Under the pieces are notes generated by a model that saw nothing but the letters and a program-made list of their open reading frames with translations, had not been told where the DNA came from and did no database searches. A DNA stretch of 47,731 nucleotides from Fidelibacterota bacterium (GTDB lineage Bacteria; Fidelibacterota; UBA2242): contig JAZDEI010000344.1 of NCBI GenBank assembly GCA_043808945.1, positions 1-47,731 on the forward strand, given 5' to 3'. The translations under genes were made by a program, and so were the position numbers. Below, piece after piece: positions 30,854-41,813 of the stretch (position 1 is its first letter; the number at the start of each line of letters is the position of its first letter).

Positions 30854-31288
30854 ATGGAGAAGAAGTCTGTTCTATTCATCTGTACCGGTAATTCGGTCCG
30901 CAGTCAAATGGCCGAAGCACTGCTGCGCCGCTTTGGTGGCGAAGAATTTGAGGTTTTTAGCGCCGGCTTTACTCCGGCCGGTATTCACCGTCTGACGAAA
31001 CAGGTTCTCAGTGAAATCGGTATTAATGTTGACAATCAATATTCGAAGCACGTTGACGAATACCGCAATCGGTCTTTTGACTATGTGATCATTTTATGCG
31101 AGGTCGCGGCCCTTGGTTGCCCGACTTTTCCCGGTCAATCGGAAAAAATCAATTGGTTTATTGACGATCCAATCCGCGTCGTCGGCGGTGAAGAGCGCCG
31201 TTTAATGGCTTTTCAGTTTACCCGCAACCTGCTTAAAGAACGTGTTATGCGGTTTATAAAAGAAAAAGGCAGCCGGCCCTCCGCTTGA
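30854..31288 (+). CDS. Low-molecular-weight phosphatase-fold protein, thioredoxin-coupled ArsC-type arsenate reductase or LMW-PTP
   Basis: The P-loop VLFICTGNSVRSQMAE (CX5R) is present, with further Cys pairs in ILCEVAALGCP, as in pI258-type ArsC, and a downstream DDP. The start is ATG 30854, with GGAG 10 nt upstream. The track start at 30767 adds an implausible leader. Confidence 0.75.
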   Translation: MEKKSVLFICTGNSVRSQMAEALLRRFGGEEFEVFSAGFTPAGIHRLTKQVLSEIGINVDNQYSKHVDEYRNRSFDYVIILCEVAALGCPTFPGQSEKINWFIDDPIRVVGGEERRLMAFQFTRNLLKERVMRFIKEKGSRPSA

Positions 31289-31479
31289 TATCCGTTAAAA
31301 ATTCGTTTTTTTGGATGGAAATCCCAGGTGCCAAATAATTTTGTCTCCGGCCAGATAACTTTTTAATTGCAGGGGCATCTAATGCAATATTTAATAGCGA
31401 CGCGCTTGAAAAGAGCCAAAATATTCTTTATCTTTGAAATGTGTTGGAACAACGTCATTACAGGATTGTTGAAAAACTT

Positions 31480-34400
31480 ATGAAAATTAATGTATTTAAA
31501 GCCACCATTTTAATTTTGATAATAAGCGCCACCGGCCTGTCGCAGTTCGGCAAGAATAAAGTTCAATACGATAGCTATCGGTGGTCATATTTAAGGTCCG
31601 ATAATTTGGATATTTATTTTTATACGGGCGGCGAGGCCCTGGCCGAATTTGCCGCGCCGGTTGGCGAGCAGGCGATCAAAGACATTTGCAAGGTTTTAAA
31701 CTGGAAAATGCGCAAACGGGTAACGCTCGTCATCTATAATTCCCACAGCGATTTTCAACAAACCAATGTGACTCTCTCTTACCTGTATGAAGGCATTGGC
31801 GGCTTTACGGAGCTTTTCAAAAACCGCGCGGTCGTCCCGTACGACGGCTCTTATTATGATTTCTGGCATGTCGTCCGGCATGAATTAGTACACGTCGTCA
31901 TTAACGATATGATTTACGGCGGCAACGTTCAGAGCATTATTTCCGGGCGGGTGCGCCTGAGCATTCCGGGCTGGATGAACGAAGGGCTGGCCGAATATAT
32001 TTCATACGGCTGGACGGCCCAGACCGACCTTATCATGCGCGACATTGCCTTGAATAGCGACATTCCCAGCATTGAACAGATGGATTATTATCTGGCCTAT
32101 CAGGGCGGCAATTCGGTCTACCGCTTCATTGCCGAAAAATACGGAATCGAGAAAATCGGCCAGATCTGGGCCCAAATGAAAAGTCGCGGCAATGCCGATA
32201 AGGGATTGAAAATGGCCATTGGCCTGGACATGAAGGAGCTGACCGATAAATGGCAACGCTGGATGCGTACCGAATACTGGCCGGATATTGCCGACCGGGA
32301 CGAAATCCAGGAAGTCGCCGTAAAAATTACCGATCATAAGAAACTGAAGAATTACTTCAATACCGGCCCGGCCATTTCATCGCTCGGCGATAAAATTGCG
32401 CTGATGTCAGACCGCAAGGGTTATGCAGACATTTTTCTGGTTTCTGCGACGGATGGCAAGGTCATCAAGCGCTTGGTCAGCGGCCAGCGTACGCCTGATC
32501 TTGAAGAATTGAAATGGCTCAATCCGCGTCTCAGCTGGTCTCCCGATGGCAAAAAAATCGTTATAGCCGTCAAGAGCGGCGCCCGCGACGCCTTGATTAT
32601 CGTAGATATTGCCACTAAAAAGCGCCAGCGTTTGGTCTTCGATGATCTTGAGGAAATATTTACCGCGGCCTGGTCGCCGGACGGCAAGTCCATCGCCTTC
32701 GTCGGTCTGAAAGATGAAAAAAGCGACTTGTATCTTTATGATCTGAACCAAGCCAAACTCAGCCAGATTACGAATGACGAATATCCCGATTTCGAACCGG
32801 CCTGGTCGCCAGATAGCCGGAAAATCATCTATACCTCTCAGCGCACAACCAACCCGGACAGCGTTCTGCAAAAGTTACAGACGAATGAAGCGGAGAACTT
32901 TCAAACGGACCTGTTTTATATCGATCTTCAGACCAGAGAAATAACCCGTCTGACCGATACCCCGTGGAATGAAAATTACCCGGTTTGGGCCCATACCCGC
33001 GACGCAATCATTTATACGTCTGATTTTCACGGTATCTCTAACCTTTTCATAATGGACCTTAACACTTATGAATACGGAGCAATTACCAATGTCCTGACCG
33101 GGATTTTTCAGCCCAGTCTTACAAAAGACGATCAGCGTCTGGTTTTTGCCGGTTATGCCGATATGGGCTGGGATATATATTCTATCAGCAATCCGCTGGA
33201 TATGTTGCAGAATAGAAAGGAAATCAAGCCGACGGTTTATGCCAACAACCTGATGGATTCCTGGAAATATCCCGAAAAGCATGAACGCTTTAAATTCCCC
33301 AATCCCAAGGAATTGAAGCCGACCAGCACCCACCGCGTACAGGATAATGCCAATTATACCAATTATGTATTTGCGCCGAACTATACTCCGGATTTACCCG
33401 AAGAACCCGAGCCATCTATCACCGACAGTTCCGAGGCGGCCAGCGACACCAGCCGCCAGACCACCCGTGATGGTAAATATCCGGTCACCCCGTACAAGAC
33501 CAAATTTACACTGGATATGGTTGAGAGCCAGGCCGGTTACAGCACTTTCTGGGGTTTGCAGGGCACGACTATCTTTGCCTTCAGCGACATTCTGGGTAAT
33601 CATCAACTGACTTTCGGCACCGAGATGTATATCGATCTGGAAAACAGTGACTATTACCTGTCTTATATGTATCTTGCCAAACGGATCAATTACGCTTTTA
33701 CCGGATTTCATTCGGCCAATTTCTGGTCTTATAGTTACTATTATATGTGGCGTCTGCGAAATTATGGATTTGACATTTCTGTCTCTCGCCCGGCGAGCCG
33801 GTACACGCGGCTGGATGTGGGCGCGACGTCTTATAATGTCGAGCAAAACCTGATCAATATCATTACCAGTGAGACGGAATACAGTTATACGATAAGCACC
33901 ATCTTGCCGCGGGCCAGCCTCGTTTTTGACAATTCCCTGTGGGGCTACCTCTACCCGATTGACGGCTGGCGCACGCGACTCGACTTCATAGCCAGTCCGA
34001 AATATCGGGAAAACAGCATGTCATTTTATACTATTCAGGCCGACATCCGGCGCTATTTTAAAGTGAACATGGATTATTCGTTTGGCCTGCGGCTCACGAC
34101 CGGCTTAAGCAACGGTGCCAATGCCCAGCGATTCTTTATTGGCGGTGAAGACAACTGGATCAACCAGAAGTGGCGCTACGATATTTTCAACGAGAGTAAT
34201 TCTTCGTTATTGGAAGACATTTATTTTTCAGACTTTATCACACCACTTAGAGGCGCCCGCTATTATGAAAGATATGGTACCCGCTATTTCCTGGCAAATC
34301 TGGAATTCCGCTATCCATTTATTAAATACCTGGCATTGGGCTGGCCGTTGCCGCTCACGCTGGGCGGAATTCAGGGCGTGACTTTCCTGGATTTCGGCTC

Positions 34401-34602
34401 GGCCTGGAATGGTTATGATTTGCATCCCTTCCAGAACGATCCGGTCAACGGATTTGGTATGGACGACCTGGTGGCCGGATATGGAGTCGGCTCACGGATT
34501 TACATGTATTATTTTGTGCTCAAGATCGACGTCGCCTGGCGTTTCGATTGGTACAGAACATATAAACCAGCCTGGTACTTTTCGTTCGGATTGGATTTTT
34601 AA
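31480..34602 (+). CDS. Outer-membrane multidomain protein: signal peptide, peptidase-MA-like HExxH domain, PD40/TolB-type beta-propeller and Omp85-family beta-barrel
   Basis: Signal peptide MKINVFKATILILIISATGLSQ. Zinc-peptidase motifs RHELVHVV and, about 30 aa later, WMNEGLAEY. PD40 repeats SWSPDGKKIV, AAWSPDGKSIAF and PAWSPDSRKIIY. Omp85-like C-terminus FFIGGEDNW, ANLEFRYPF, GVTFLDFGSAW and YGVGSRIYM...LKIDVAW, ending ...FSFGLDF with a terminal Phe. Confidence 0.7.
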   Translation: MKINVFKATILILIISATGLSQFGKNKVQYDSYRWSYLRSDNLDIYFYTGGEALAEFAAPVGEQAIKDICKVLNWKMRKRVTLVIYNSHSDFQQTNVTLSYLYEGIGGFTELFKNRAVVPYDGSYYDFWHVVRHELVHVVINDMIYGGNVQSIISGRVRLSIPGWMNEGLAEYISYGWTAQTDLIMRDIALNSDIPSIEQMDYYLAYQGGNSVYRFIAEKYGIEKIGQIWAQMKSRGNADKGLKMAIGLDMKELTDKWQRWMRTEYWPDIADRDEIQEVAVKITDHKKLKNYFNTGPAISSLGDKIALMSDRKGYADIFLVSATDGKVIKRLVSGQRTPDLEELKWLNPRLSWSPDGKKIVIAVKSGARDALIIVDIATKKRQRLVFDDLEEIFTAAWSPDGKSIAFVGLKDEKSDLYLYDLNQAKLSQITNDEYPDFEPAWSPDSRKIIYTSQRTTNPDSVLQKLQTNEAENFQTDLFYIDLQTREITRLTDTPWNENYPVWAHTRDAIIYTSDFHGISNLFIMDLNTYEYGAITNVLTGIFQPSLTKDDQRLVFAGYADMGWDIYSISNPLDMLQNRKEIKPTVYANNLMDSWKYPEKHERFKFPNPKELKPTSTHRVQDNANYTNYVFAPNYTPDLPEEPEPSITDSSEAASDTSRQTTRDGKYPVTPYKTKFTLDMVESQAGYSTFWGLQGTTIFAFSDILGNHQLTFGTEMYIDLENSDYYLSYMYLAKRINYAFTGFHSANFWSYSYYYMWRLRNYGFDISVSRPASRYTRLDVGATSYNVEQNLINIITSETEYSYTISTILPRASLVFDNSLWGYLYPIDGWRTRLDFIASPKYRENSMSFYTIQADIRRYFKVNMDYSFGLRLTTGLSNGANAQRFFIGGEDNWINQKWRYDIFNESNSSLLEDIYFSDFITPLRGARYYERYGTRYFLANLEFRYPFIKYLALGWPLPLTLGGIQGVTFLDFGSAWNGYDLHPFQNDPVNGFGMDDLVAGYGVGSRIYMYYFVLKIDVAWRFDWYRTYKPAWYFSFGLDF

Positions 34603-34685
34603 CTCCTGGCTGAAAATGCTTGGTCTTAATGCCGAAGCTGATTAGTTTAGGCTGTTTGTTGGTAATTCGAGGTCGGGCTAAAAAA

Positions 34686-35591
34686 ATGAAATATCTAAAA
34701 TTCGCAATTCTTTGTTTTATCTGGAGCACGACCTGGGCAATGATTAAGGTCGGGCTCGATCAGACGCCGCCGATGGTCGGTCTGGCCCTGCGTTTCAGTG
34801 TGGCGGCGCTGGTGTTGGGCGGGATTATTCTTTGGAAAAAACGCCCGGTTGCTTTTGACCGTGCCTCGGCGCAAAATTATTTAGTCGTTGGTTTAATGAC
34901 GATGGCGCTCAGTTATTTCTGTACTTATTGGGCAGAAAAATTTATTTCCAGCGGGCTGACATCAATACTATGGACGGCTCTTCCGATCGTGGTGGGTGTC
35001 TTTGCCCGCTTTATGCTGCCGAACGAGCGCATGCGCCGGGTCCAGATTCTGGCGATTATTATCGCGCTGGGCGGAGTCGTTGCTATTCTCTCCGACCAGC
35101 AGTTGATTTTCAGTGTGCGTTTGCTGTGGGGCTGTCTGATCGCGCTGGCCGGGGTAGTCGTTTCGGCCTGGCCGAACGTTTACCTAAAGACCCGCAAACA
35201 GCCATATGATTCACTGACCATGACCGCCATGGCAATGGTTGTTGCGGCTTTCGTCCATCTCGTCGGCGCGACGATATTTGGCGAATGGTCGCAGATGGTT
35301 TGGAATTTTAAGAATATCGGATCGGTGGTGTATCTCGGGGTGTTCGGCTCGGCGATAGCGTTTTACGTTTATTATGACCTGTTGAAACAAATCAACGTCG
35401 TCAAGATTACTTTTGTTACTTTTATTACGCCGGTATTCGCGACGCTGATCGGCGCGTACTGGCTGAAGGAGATCGTAACCTGGCGCGAGATCGGCGGCAT
35501 GGTGCTGATTTTCGCAGGGCTGATGTTGTATGACGGGAAAAAGTATTTGGCGATTTTGATGCCGAATAGCGGGAGGAACGCGCGTGGCTGA
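34686..35591 (+). CDS. EamA/DMT-superfamily transporter
   Basis: A polytopic hydrophobic protein with two EamA-like halves, MKYLKFAILCFIWSTTWAMIKVGL... and ...VYLGVFGSAIAFYVYYDLLK. The start is uncertain: 34686 is preferred, and 34620 or 34629 are possible. Confidence 0.85.
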   Translation: MKYLKFAILCFIWSTTWAMIKVGLDQTPPMVGLALRFSVAALVLGGIILWKKRPVAFDRASAQNYLVVGLMTMALSYFCTYWAEKFISSGLTSILWTALPIVVGVFARFMLPNERMRRVQILAIIIALGGVVAILSDQQLIFSVRLLWGCLIALAGVVVSAWPNVYLKTRKQPYDSLTMTAMAMVVAAFVHLVGATIFGEWSQMVWNFKNIGSVVYLGVFGSAIAFYVYYDLLKQINVVKITFVTFITPVFATLIGAYWLKEIVTWREIGGMVLIFAGLMLYDGKKYLAILMPNSGRNARG

Positions 35592-36936
35592 AAAATTCAA
35601 AAACGTTTTTGTCTGTACGGAATGTGGCTCCAGTCAGCCCAAATGGATGGGCAAGTGTCCCGATTGCGGCGCCTGGAATTCATTCGTCGCCGAGCAGGTT
35701 CAGAAAAAGGTCAAAATGTCTGCATCTCCTAATATCCGGCGCAGTCTGGTCCCGCTGAATCGCACCGACGCCGCGCCGACCGAACGGTTGATTACCGGTC
35801 TGACCGAATTCGACCGTGTTTTGGGCGGCGGTTTCGTGACCGGTTCGGTAGTGCTGATCGGCGGCGAACCCGGTATTGGGAAATCCACGCTCATTATGCA
35901 GGTATTGGCCCGGCTCAAGGGCGAGAGTCTGCTCTATTTCTCCGGCGAAGAGTCCGAGGAGCAATTGAGCCTGCGCGCCCGCCGGCTGGGAATTGACAAC
36001 TCACATATTCTGGTAGCCTGTGAGAATAACCTCGAGAACATTCTTTACCAGATGGAAAACCAGCGGCCGACGGCGGCCGTGATCGATTCGATCCAGACCG
36101 TTTACTCCGATCAGTTTGAAAATGTCCCGGGCAGTGTCACGCAGGTGCGGGAGTGTGCCGGAAAAATATTACGCCTGTCGAAAGAACTGAACCTGACGAC
36201 GGTTTTCGTTGGTCATATTACTAAAGACGGCATGATCGCCGGCCCGAAAGTTCTCGAACATCTCGTCGATACGGTACTTTACCTGGAAGGCAGTAAAAAT
36301 AACTTCTATCGTACTTTGAGGGCGGTCAAGAATCGTTTCGGTTCGACTAACGAAGTCGGAATTTTCGAGATGAAAGATCATGGTCTGGCGGCCGTTGAAA
36401 ATCCGGCCGGTTTCTTCCTGGCCGAGCGCCGGCAACACGTCGCCGGTTCGGCGGTGACTGTCAGCATGGAAGGTACGCGCCCTTTTCTGATTGAAGCCCA
36501 GGCGCTGGTCACGCAGACTTCTTACGGGACACCGCAGCGTTCCGCCAATGGCATCGATTACCGGCGCTTCGTAATGCTGATCGCCGTTCTGGAAAAGCGC
36601 ACCGGTCTGCCATTGCGCACCCAGGACGTTTTTATTAATCTGGCGGGCGGCTTCAAGATTGACGAAACTGCGATCGATCTTGGGGTAACAGCCGCGATCG
36701 CATCGAGTTTCAAGGACCTGCCGCTCGAACCGACCGCGGCATTTATCGGCGAGGTCGGCCTGGTCGGAGAGGTGCGCAGTGTTCCTTTTCTGGAGAATCG
36801 CGTCCGGGAGGCTCTGAAGTTTGGCTACACGACAGTATATATTCCGAAGTCCGGGCTAAAAGTTTTGGACAAGGAATTGAAGTCCAGGGTCACCGGCATC
36901 GAGTCGCTTAACCAGCTCTTCGGGCTGATTTTTTAA
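35584..36936 (+). CDS. radA: DNA repair protein RadA/Sms
   Basis: Motifs present: zinc ribbon CTECGSSQPKWMGKCPDCGAWNSF, Walker A GGEPGIGKSTL, the RadA motif KNRFGSTNE and a Lon-like C-terminal domain. Confidence 0.95.
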   Translation: MAEKFKNVFVCTECGSSQPKWMGKCPDCGAWNSFVAEQVQKKVKMSASPNIRRSLVPLNRTDAAPTERLITGLTEFDRVLGGGFVTGSVVLIGGEPGIGKSTLIMQVLARLKGESLLYFSGEESEEQLSLRARRLGIDNSHILVACENNLENILYQMENQRPTAAVIDSIQTVYSDQFENVPGSVTQVRECAGKILRLSKELNLTTVFVGHITKDGMIAGPKVLEHLVDTVLYLEGSKNNFYRTLRAVKNRFGSTNEVGIFEMKDHGLAAVENPAGFFLAERRQHVAGSAVTVSMEGTRPFLIEAQALVTQTSYGTPQRSANGIDYRRFVMLIAVLEKRTGLPLRTQDVFINLAGGFKIDETAIDLGVTAAIASSFKDLPLEPTAAFIGEVGLVGEVRSVPFLENRVREALKFGYTTVYIPKSGLKVLDKELKSRVTGIESLNQLFGLIF

Positions 36937-36945
36937 TTTCTGTAG

Positions 36946-38199
<1,254 letters not shown>

Positions 38200-38251
38200 C
38201 TTATGCCGCGTTCGTAGGAAGAATTTTAATCAGAAAGTATCCGCAGAATAA

Positions 38252-39343
38252 ATGAATCTTAATATATCTTACCCGCCGCACGAACTGGCCCAATTATCCG
38301 GTTCGGAAATCGAACAGCGTATCGAAAATGCCCGGTTGCGGTTGGGCCGGAGATTAATTATTCTGGCGCATCATTATCAACACGACAGGATCGTTCGGCA
38401 TGCCGATGCAATAGGCGATTCGTTTGTCTTGTCGCGCCGGGCGGCCGAAACCGACGCCGGGTTTATCGTGTTTTGCGGCGTACATTTTATGGCCGAAACC
38501 GCCGACCTGCTGACCAATGAACGGCAGAAAGTCTTTCTGCCGAATATCGACGCAGGTTGTTCACTGGCCGATATGGCCGACATCGGCTCGGTAACGATCG
38601 CCTGGAAAAAGATCAGGGTCGTTACCGGAGACGAGATAATTCCGGTTACCTACATCAATTCTCAGCTCGGGCTGAAAGCTTTTTGCGGAAAAAACGGCGG
38701 CCTCATCTGTACTTCGTCCAACGCCCGCGCCGCGCTGGAATGGGCCTGGGCGCGAAAGTCCAAAGTCTTCTTTTTCCCGGATCAACATCTCGGGCGGAAC
38801 GTTGCAACCCAAATGGGCATCCCGCCGGAAGAGATTGTTATGTACGATTCTAAACGGCCATTCGACGCGGAATTTGCCCGGCAGATTCAACAGGCCCGCC
38901 TGATTCTGTGGAACGGCTTCTGTTGTGTCCATCAGGCTTTTTCACTGGAAGACATTAACCGGCTGCGAGAGATTATTCCCGGCATCAGGATTATTGTACA
39001 TCCGGAATGTCCGGCGGAGGTCGCGCACCACGCCGATTATATGGGCAGCACCGAATATATCATCAAAACCGTCCGCGCCGGTACTCCCGGCAGTGTCTGG
39101 GGCGTCGGAACGGAGAAAAATTTGGTTTATCGGCTGGCCGGGCAATTGCCGGATCGCCGTATAATTCTGCTACAGGAGAATGATTCAATCTGCCGGACAA
39201 TGGCTATGATAACGCCGGTGCATTTGCTATATCAATTGGAAAGTCTCAACGCCGGACAACTTATTAACCGGGTGATCGCGGACGAACATTTGCACTCCGA
39301 TGCCCTGGTCGCCGTCCGAAGAATGTTGGAGTTACAGAAATGA
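38252..39343 (+). CDS. nadA: Quinolinate synthase NadA
   Basis: Motifs present: ILAHHYQ, FCGVHFMAETADLL and HPECP, with conserved Cys residues. There is an ATGA overlap with nadB. Confidence 0.9.
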   Translation: MNLNISYPPHELAQLSGSEIEQRIENARLRLGRRLIILAHHYQHDRIVRHADAIGDSFVLSRRAAETDAGFIVFCGVHFMAETADLLTNERQKVFLPNIDAGCSLADMADIGSVTIAWKKIRVVTGDEIIPVTYINSQLGLKAFCGKNGGLICTSSNARAALEWAWARKSKVFFFPDQHLGRNVATQMGIPPEEIVMYDSKRPFDAEFARQIQQARLILWNGFCCVHQAFSLEDINRLREIIPGIRIIVHPECPAEVAHHADYMGSTEYIIKTVRAGTPGSVWGVGTEKNLVYRLAGQLPDRRIILLQENDSICRTMAMITPVHLLYQLESLNAGQLINRVIADEHLHSDALVAVRRMLELQK

Positions 39344-40908
39344 AACCGGCCGAGCCCTTTCGCGAAACCGATGTTTTGGTGATCGGCGGCGGTCTATCCG
39401 GCTGCTCTGCGGCTTATGCGGCCGCCCGTAAAGGCTTGCGAGTCGTTATGTTGACGCCCAGCCGGGACGTAAGCGTTTCGTCGTCTTTTCAGGCTCAGGG
39501 CGGGATCATTTACAAAAATCCGCAGGACTCCCGGCAAGGCTTCTATGAAGATTTTCAACGTACCGGCGCCGATCTGGTGAATGAACAGGCCGTCGCCGCA
39601 ATATTTGCCAACGGGCCGCGGTTAATTGAAGATATTTTAATTGGTGAATTAGCGGTGCCGTTCGACCGGACGCCGGATGGTAAAATCGCACTGACCCGTG
39701 AAGGCTCACACTCGACGCCGCGAATCGCTTTTGTAAAAGACCATACCGGCAAGGCCATTCAGGAGTGCTTTTATAAAAAGCTGGAGCAGGTTGAAAACGT
39801 CGAGATTCTGACCGATACGACCTGTCTCGACCTGATCACGCTGGCGCATCATTCGTTGAATCCTCTGCACATTTACGAGCCCAGCACCTGCGCCGGGGCG
39901 TATATTTATTTCCAGAATAACGGCGAGATTCATCCGATTCTTGCTAAGCAGACGATCCTGGCTTCCGGCGGACTCGGGCGATTATATTTACACACATCCA
40001 ATCCGCATCATGTCCGCGGAGACGGCTATGCAATTGCTTACCGGGCGGGGGCGCGTCTGATGAACATGGAATACGTGCAATTTCATCCGACCACATTATT
40101 TTCGACGAATGATGAACGTTTCCTGATCAGCGAAGCCGTGCGCGGCGAGGGCGGCGTCCTCCGCAATAAAAACGGCGAAGATTTTATGACACGCTACCAC
40201 GAAATGGGTTCTCTGGCGCCCCGGGATGTCGTGGCGCGCAGTATCATGCAGGAAATCGGCCAGACCGGAACACCCTATGTTTATCTGGATATTACCCAAA
40301 AAAGCGCCGAATGGCTGAAGAAAAGGTTTCCGGTGATCTATGAAAAATGCCTGACCGTCAAGGTCGATATGGCCACCGAAGGGATTCCGGTTGTCCCGGC
40401 CGCGCATTACGAATGCGGCGGAGTAGCCGTCGATGGCCAGGGAAATACGACCATCCGGCGCCTGAAAGCCGTCGGCGAGGTTGCCTGCACCGGTTTACAT
40501 GGCGCCAACCGGCTTGCGAGCAGCTCTTTGCTGGAATGTCTGGTATTTGGCACACTGGCCGGCAGTGATTGTGTCGATCGCATTCACCAGGACAAGATCA
40601 TTATGCCACAGGTCGCACCCTGGAAAGTGGAAACCGAGCCGTTCGATCCGGATCTTTTTCAACAGGATCGGCTGACGATCAAGCATACTATGTGGAATTA
40701 TGTCGGCATCGTCCGCACCGCCAAGAAATTGGAACGCGCCGGAGGAATTTTATGGCGTCTCCAAAGAGACATTGAAAGATTTTATGCAAACAGCCAGCTG
40801 AACGATGACCTGATCGGCCTGCGAAATGCGGCCACGACGGCCATGCTGGTTTTACACGCAGCCCGGCTGAATAAATACAGTCGCGGTTGCCATTACCGTA
40901 TAGATTAG
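39340..40908 (+). CDS. nadB: L-aspartate oxidase NadB
   Basis: Motifs present: FAD fold DVLVIGGGLSGCSAAYAAA, HYECGGVAVD and GLHGANRLASSSLLECLVFG. Confidence 0.93.
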   Translation: MKPAEPFRETDVLVIGGGLSGCSAAYAAARKGLRVVMLTPSRDVSVSSSFQAQGGIIYKNPQDSRQGFYEDFQRTGADLVNEQAVAAIFANGPRLIEDILIGELAVPFDRTPDGKIALTREGSHSTPRIAFVKDHTGKAIQECFYKKLEQVENVEILTDTTCLDLITLAHHSLNPLHIYEPSTCAGAYIYFQNNGEIHPILAKQTILASGGLGRLYLHTSNPHHVRGDGYAIAYRAGARLMNMEYVQFHPTTLFSTNDERFLISEAVRGEGGVLRNKNGEDFMTRYHEMGSLAPRDVVARSIMQEIGQTGTPYVYLDITQKSAEWLKKRFPVIYEKCLTVKVDMATEGIPVVPAAHYECGGVAVDGQGNTTIRRLKAVGEVACTGLHGANRLASSSLLECLVFGTLAGSDCVDRIHQDKIIMPQVAPWKVETEPFDPDLFQQDRLTIKHTMWNYVGIVRTAKKLERAGGILWRLQRDIERFYANSQLNDDLIGLRNAATTAMLVLHAARLNKYSRGCHYRID

Positions 40909-40937
40909 TTAAAATATAAATAAAAAATGGAGGTTAG

Positions 40938-41267
40938 ATGAATAGTTTATTATACGCCGGATCAATGGGGGGCGGCACTGGCGCGCAATCGGCCAACCCG
41001 ATTTTGTCATTGATGCCGTTTGTGCTCATCATCGTGGTAATGTATTTCCTGATGATCCGTCCGCAAGCCAAGAAACAGCGTGAAAAAACCAAGATGTTAC
41101 AGGAACTGCAACCGGGCGACGACATCCTTACAATCGGCGGCGTCTATGGCAAAATCGAAGGCGTGAAGGATAAAAATATCCTGATCGTGCGAATTGCCAA
41201 AGATGTCAAAATCAATATTTCCCGCTCGGCCGTAGCCGATAAAGTACAGGAGAAGGTGGTTTCGTAG
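40938..41267 (+). CDS. yajC: Preprotein translocase subunit YajC
   Basis: 109 aa with a single TM segment followed by FLMIRPQAKKQREKTKMLQELQPGDDILTIGGVYGKI. Confidence 0.9.
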   Translation: MNSLLYAGSMGGGTGAQSANPILSLMPFVLIIVVMYFLMIRPQAKKQREKTKMLQELQPGDDILTIGGVYGKIEGVKDKNILIVRIAKDVKINISRSAVADKVQEKVVS

Positions 41268-41270
41268 GCG

Positions 41271-41807
41271 ATGGCGCTTCTTCCGATTCATGTTTATGGC
41301 AGTCCGATTTTGCGAAAAAAATTGGATCCGATCGAAGAATTGCCGGCAGATTTCGACCGTATTTTAACGGATATGTGGGAGACGATGTACGACGATGAGG
41401 GCATCGGCCTGTCGGCTAACCAGGTCGGCCTCGATCTGCGGTTTTTTATTGCGGATTTGTCACTGCGCGATAAAAATCTGAAGCGCGAAGTTTTCATCAA
41501 TCCGGAAATAATCGCGGCGGAAGGCGAGATACTCGACGAAGAGGGCTGTCTGAGCCTGCCGGGTATTCGCGAACAGATTCCGCGCGCCGCCAAAATTATC
41601 CTGCGGTATGAGACTTCGGAACGCCAGGTCGTCGAGCGTGGTTTTTCGGATTACTTAGCGCGGGTAGTACAACACGAAGTTGATCATCTCGACGGAATGT
41701 TTACATTTGATCGGGTCAGTGCCCTTAAGCGCAGTTTTCTCAAATCAAAGCTTTCCCGTCTTTCCGCCAGGGCAGCAAAAGGTGAATTTGCCAAAGACAT
41801 CGACTGA
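41271..41807 (+). CDS. def: Peptide deformylase
   Basis: All three Def motifs are present: GIGLSANQVG, EGCLSLPG and QHEVDHLDG. Confidence 0.95.
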   Translation: MALLPIHVYGSPILRKKLDPIEELPADFDRILTDMWETMYDDEGIGLSANQVGLDLRFFIADLSLRDKNLKREVFINPEIIAAEGEILDEEGCLSLPGIREQIPRAAKIILRYETSERQVVERGFSDYLARVVQHEVDHLDGMFTFDRVSALKRSFLKSKLSRLSARAAKGEFAKDID

Positions 41808-41813
41808 GGTCTG

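Noticed and set aside
30854-31288. The ArsC-type gene as a marker of an arsenic-resistance island.
   Set aside because: No arsR, arsB, acr3 or arsA genes lie nearby. A lone LMW-phosphatase-fold gene could equally be a protein tyrosine phosphatase, so there is nothing further to support an island.
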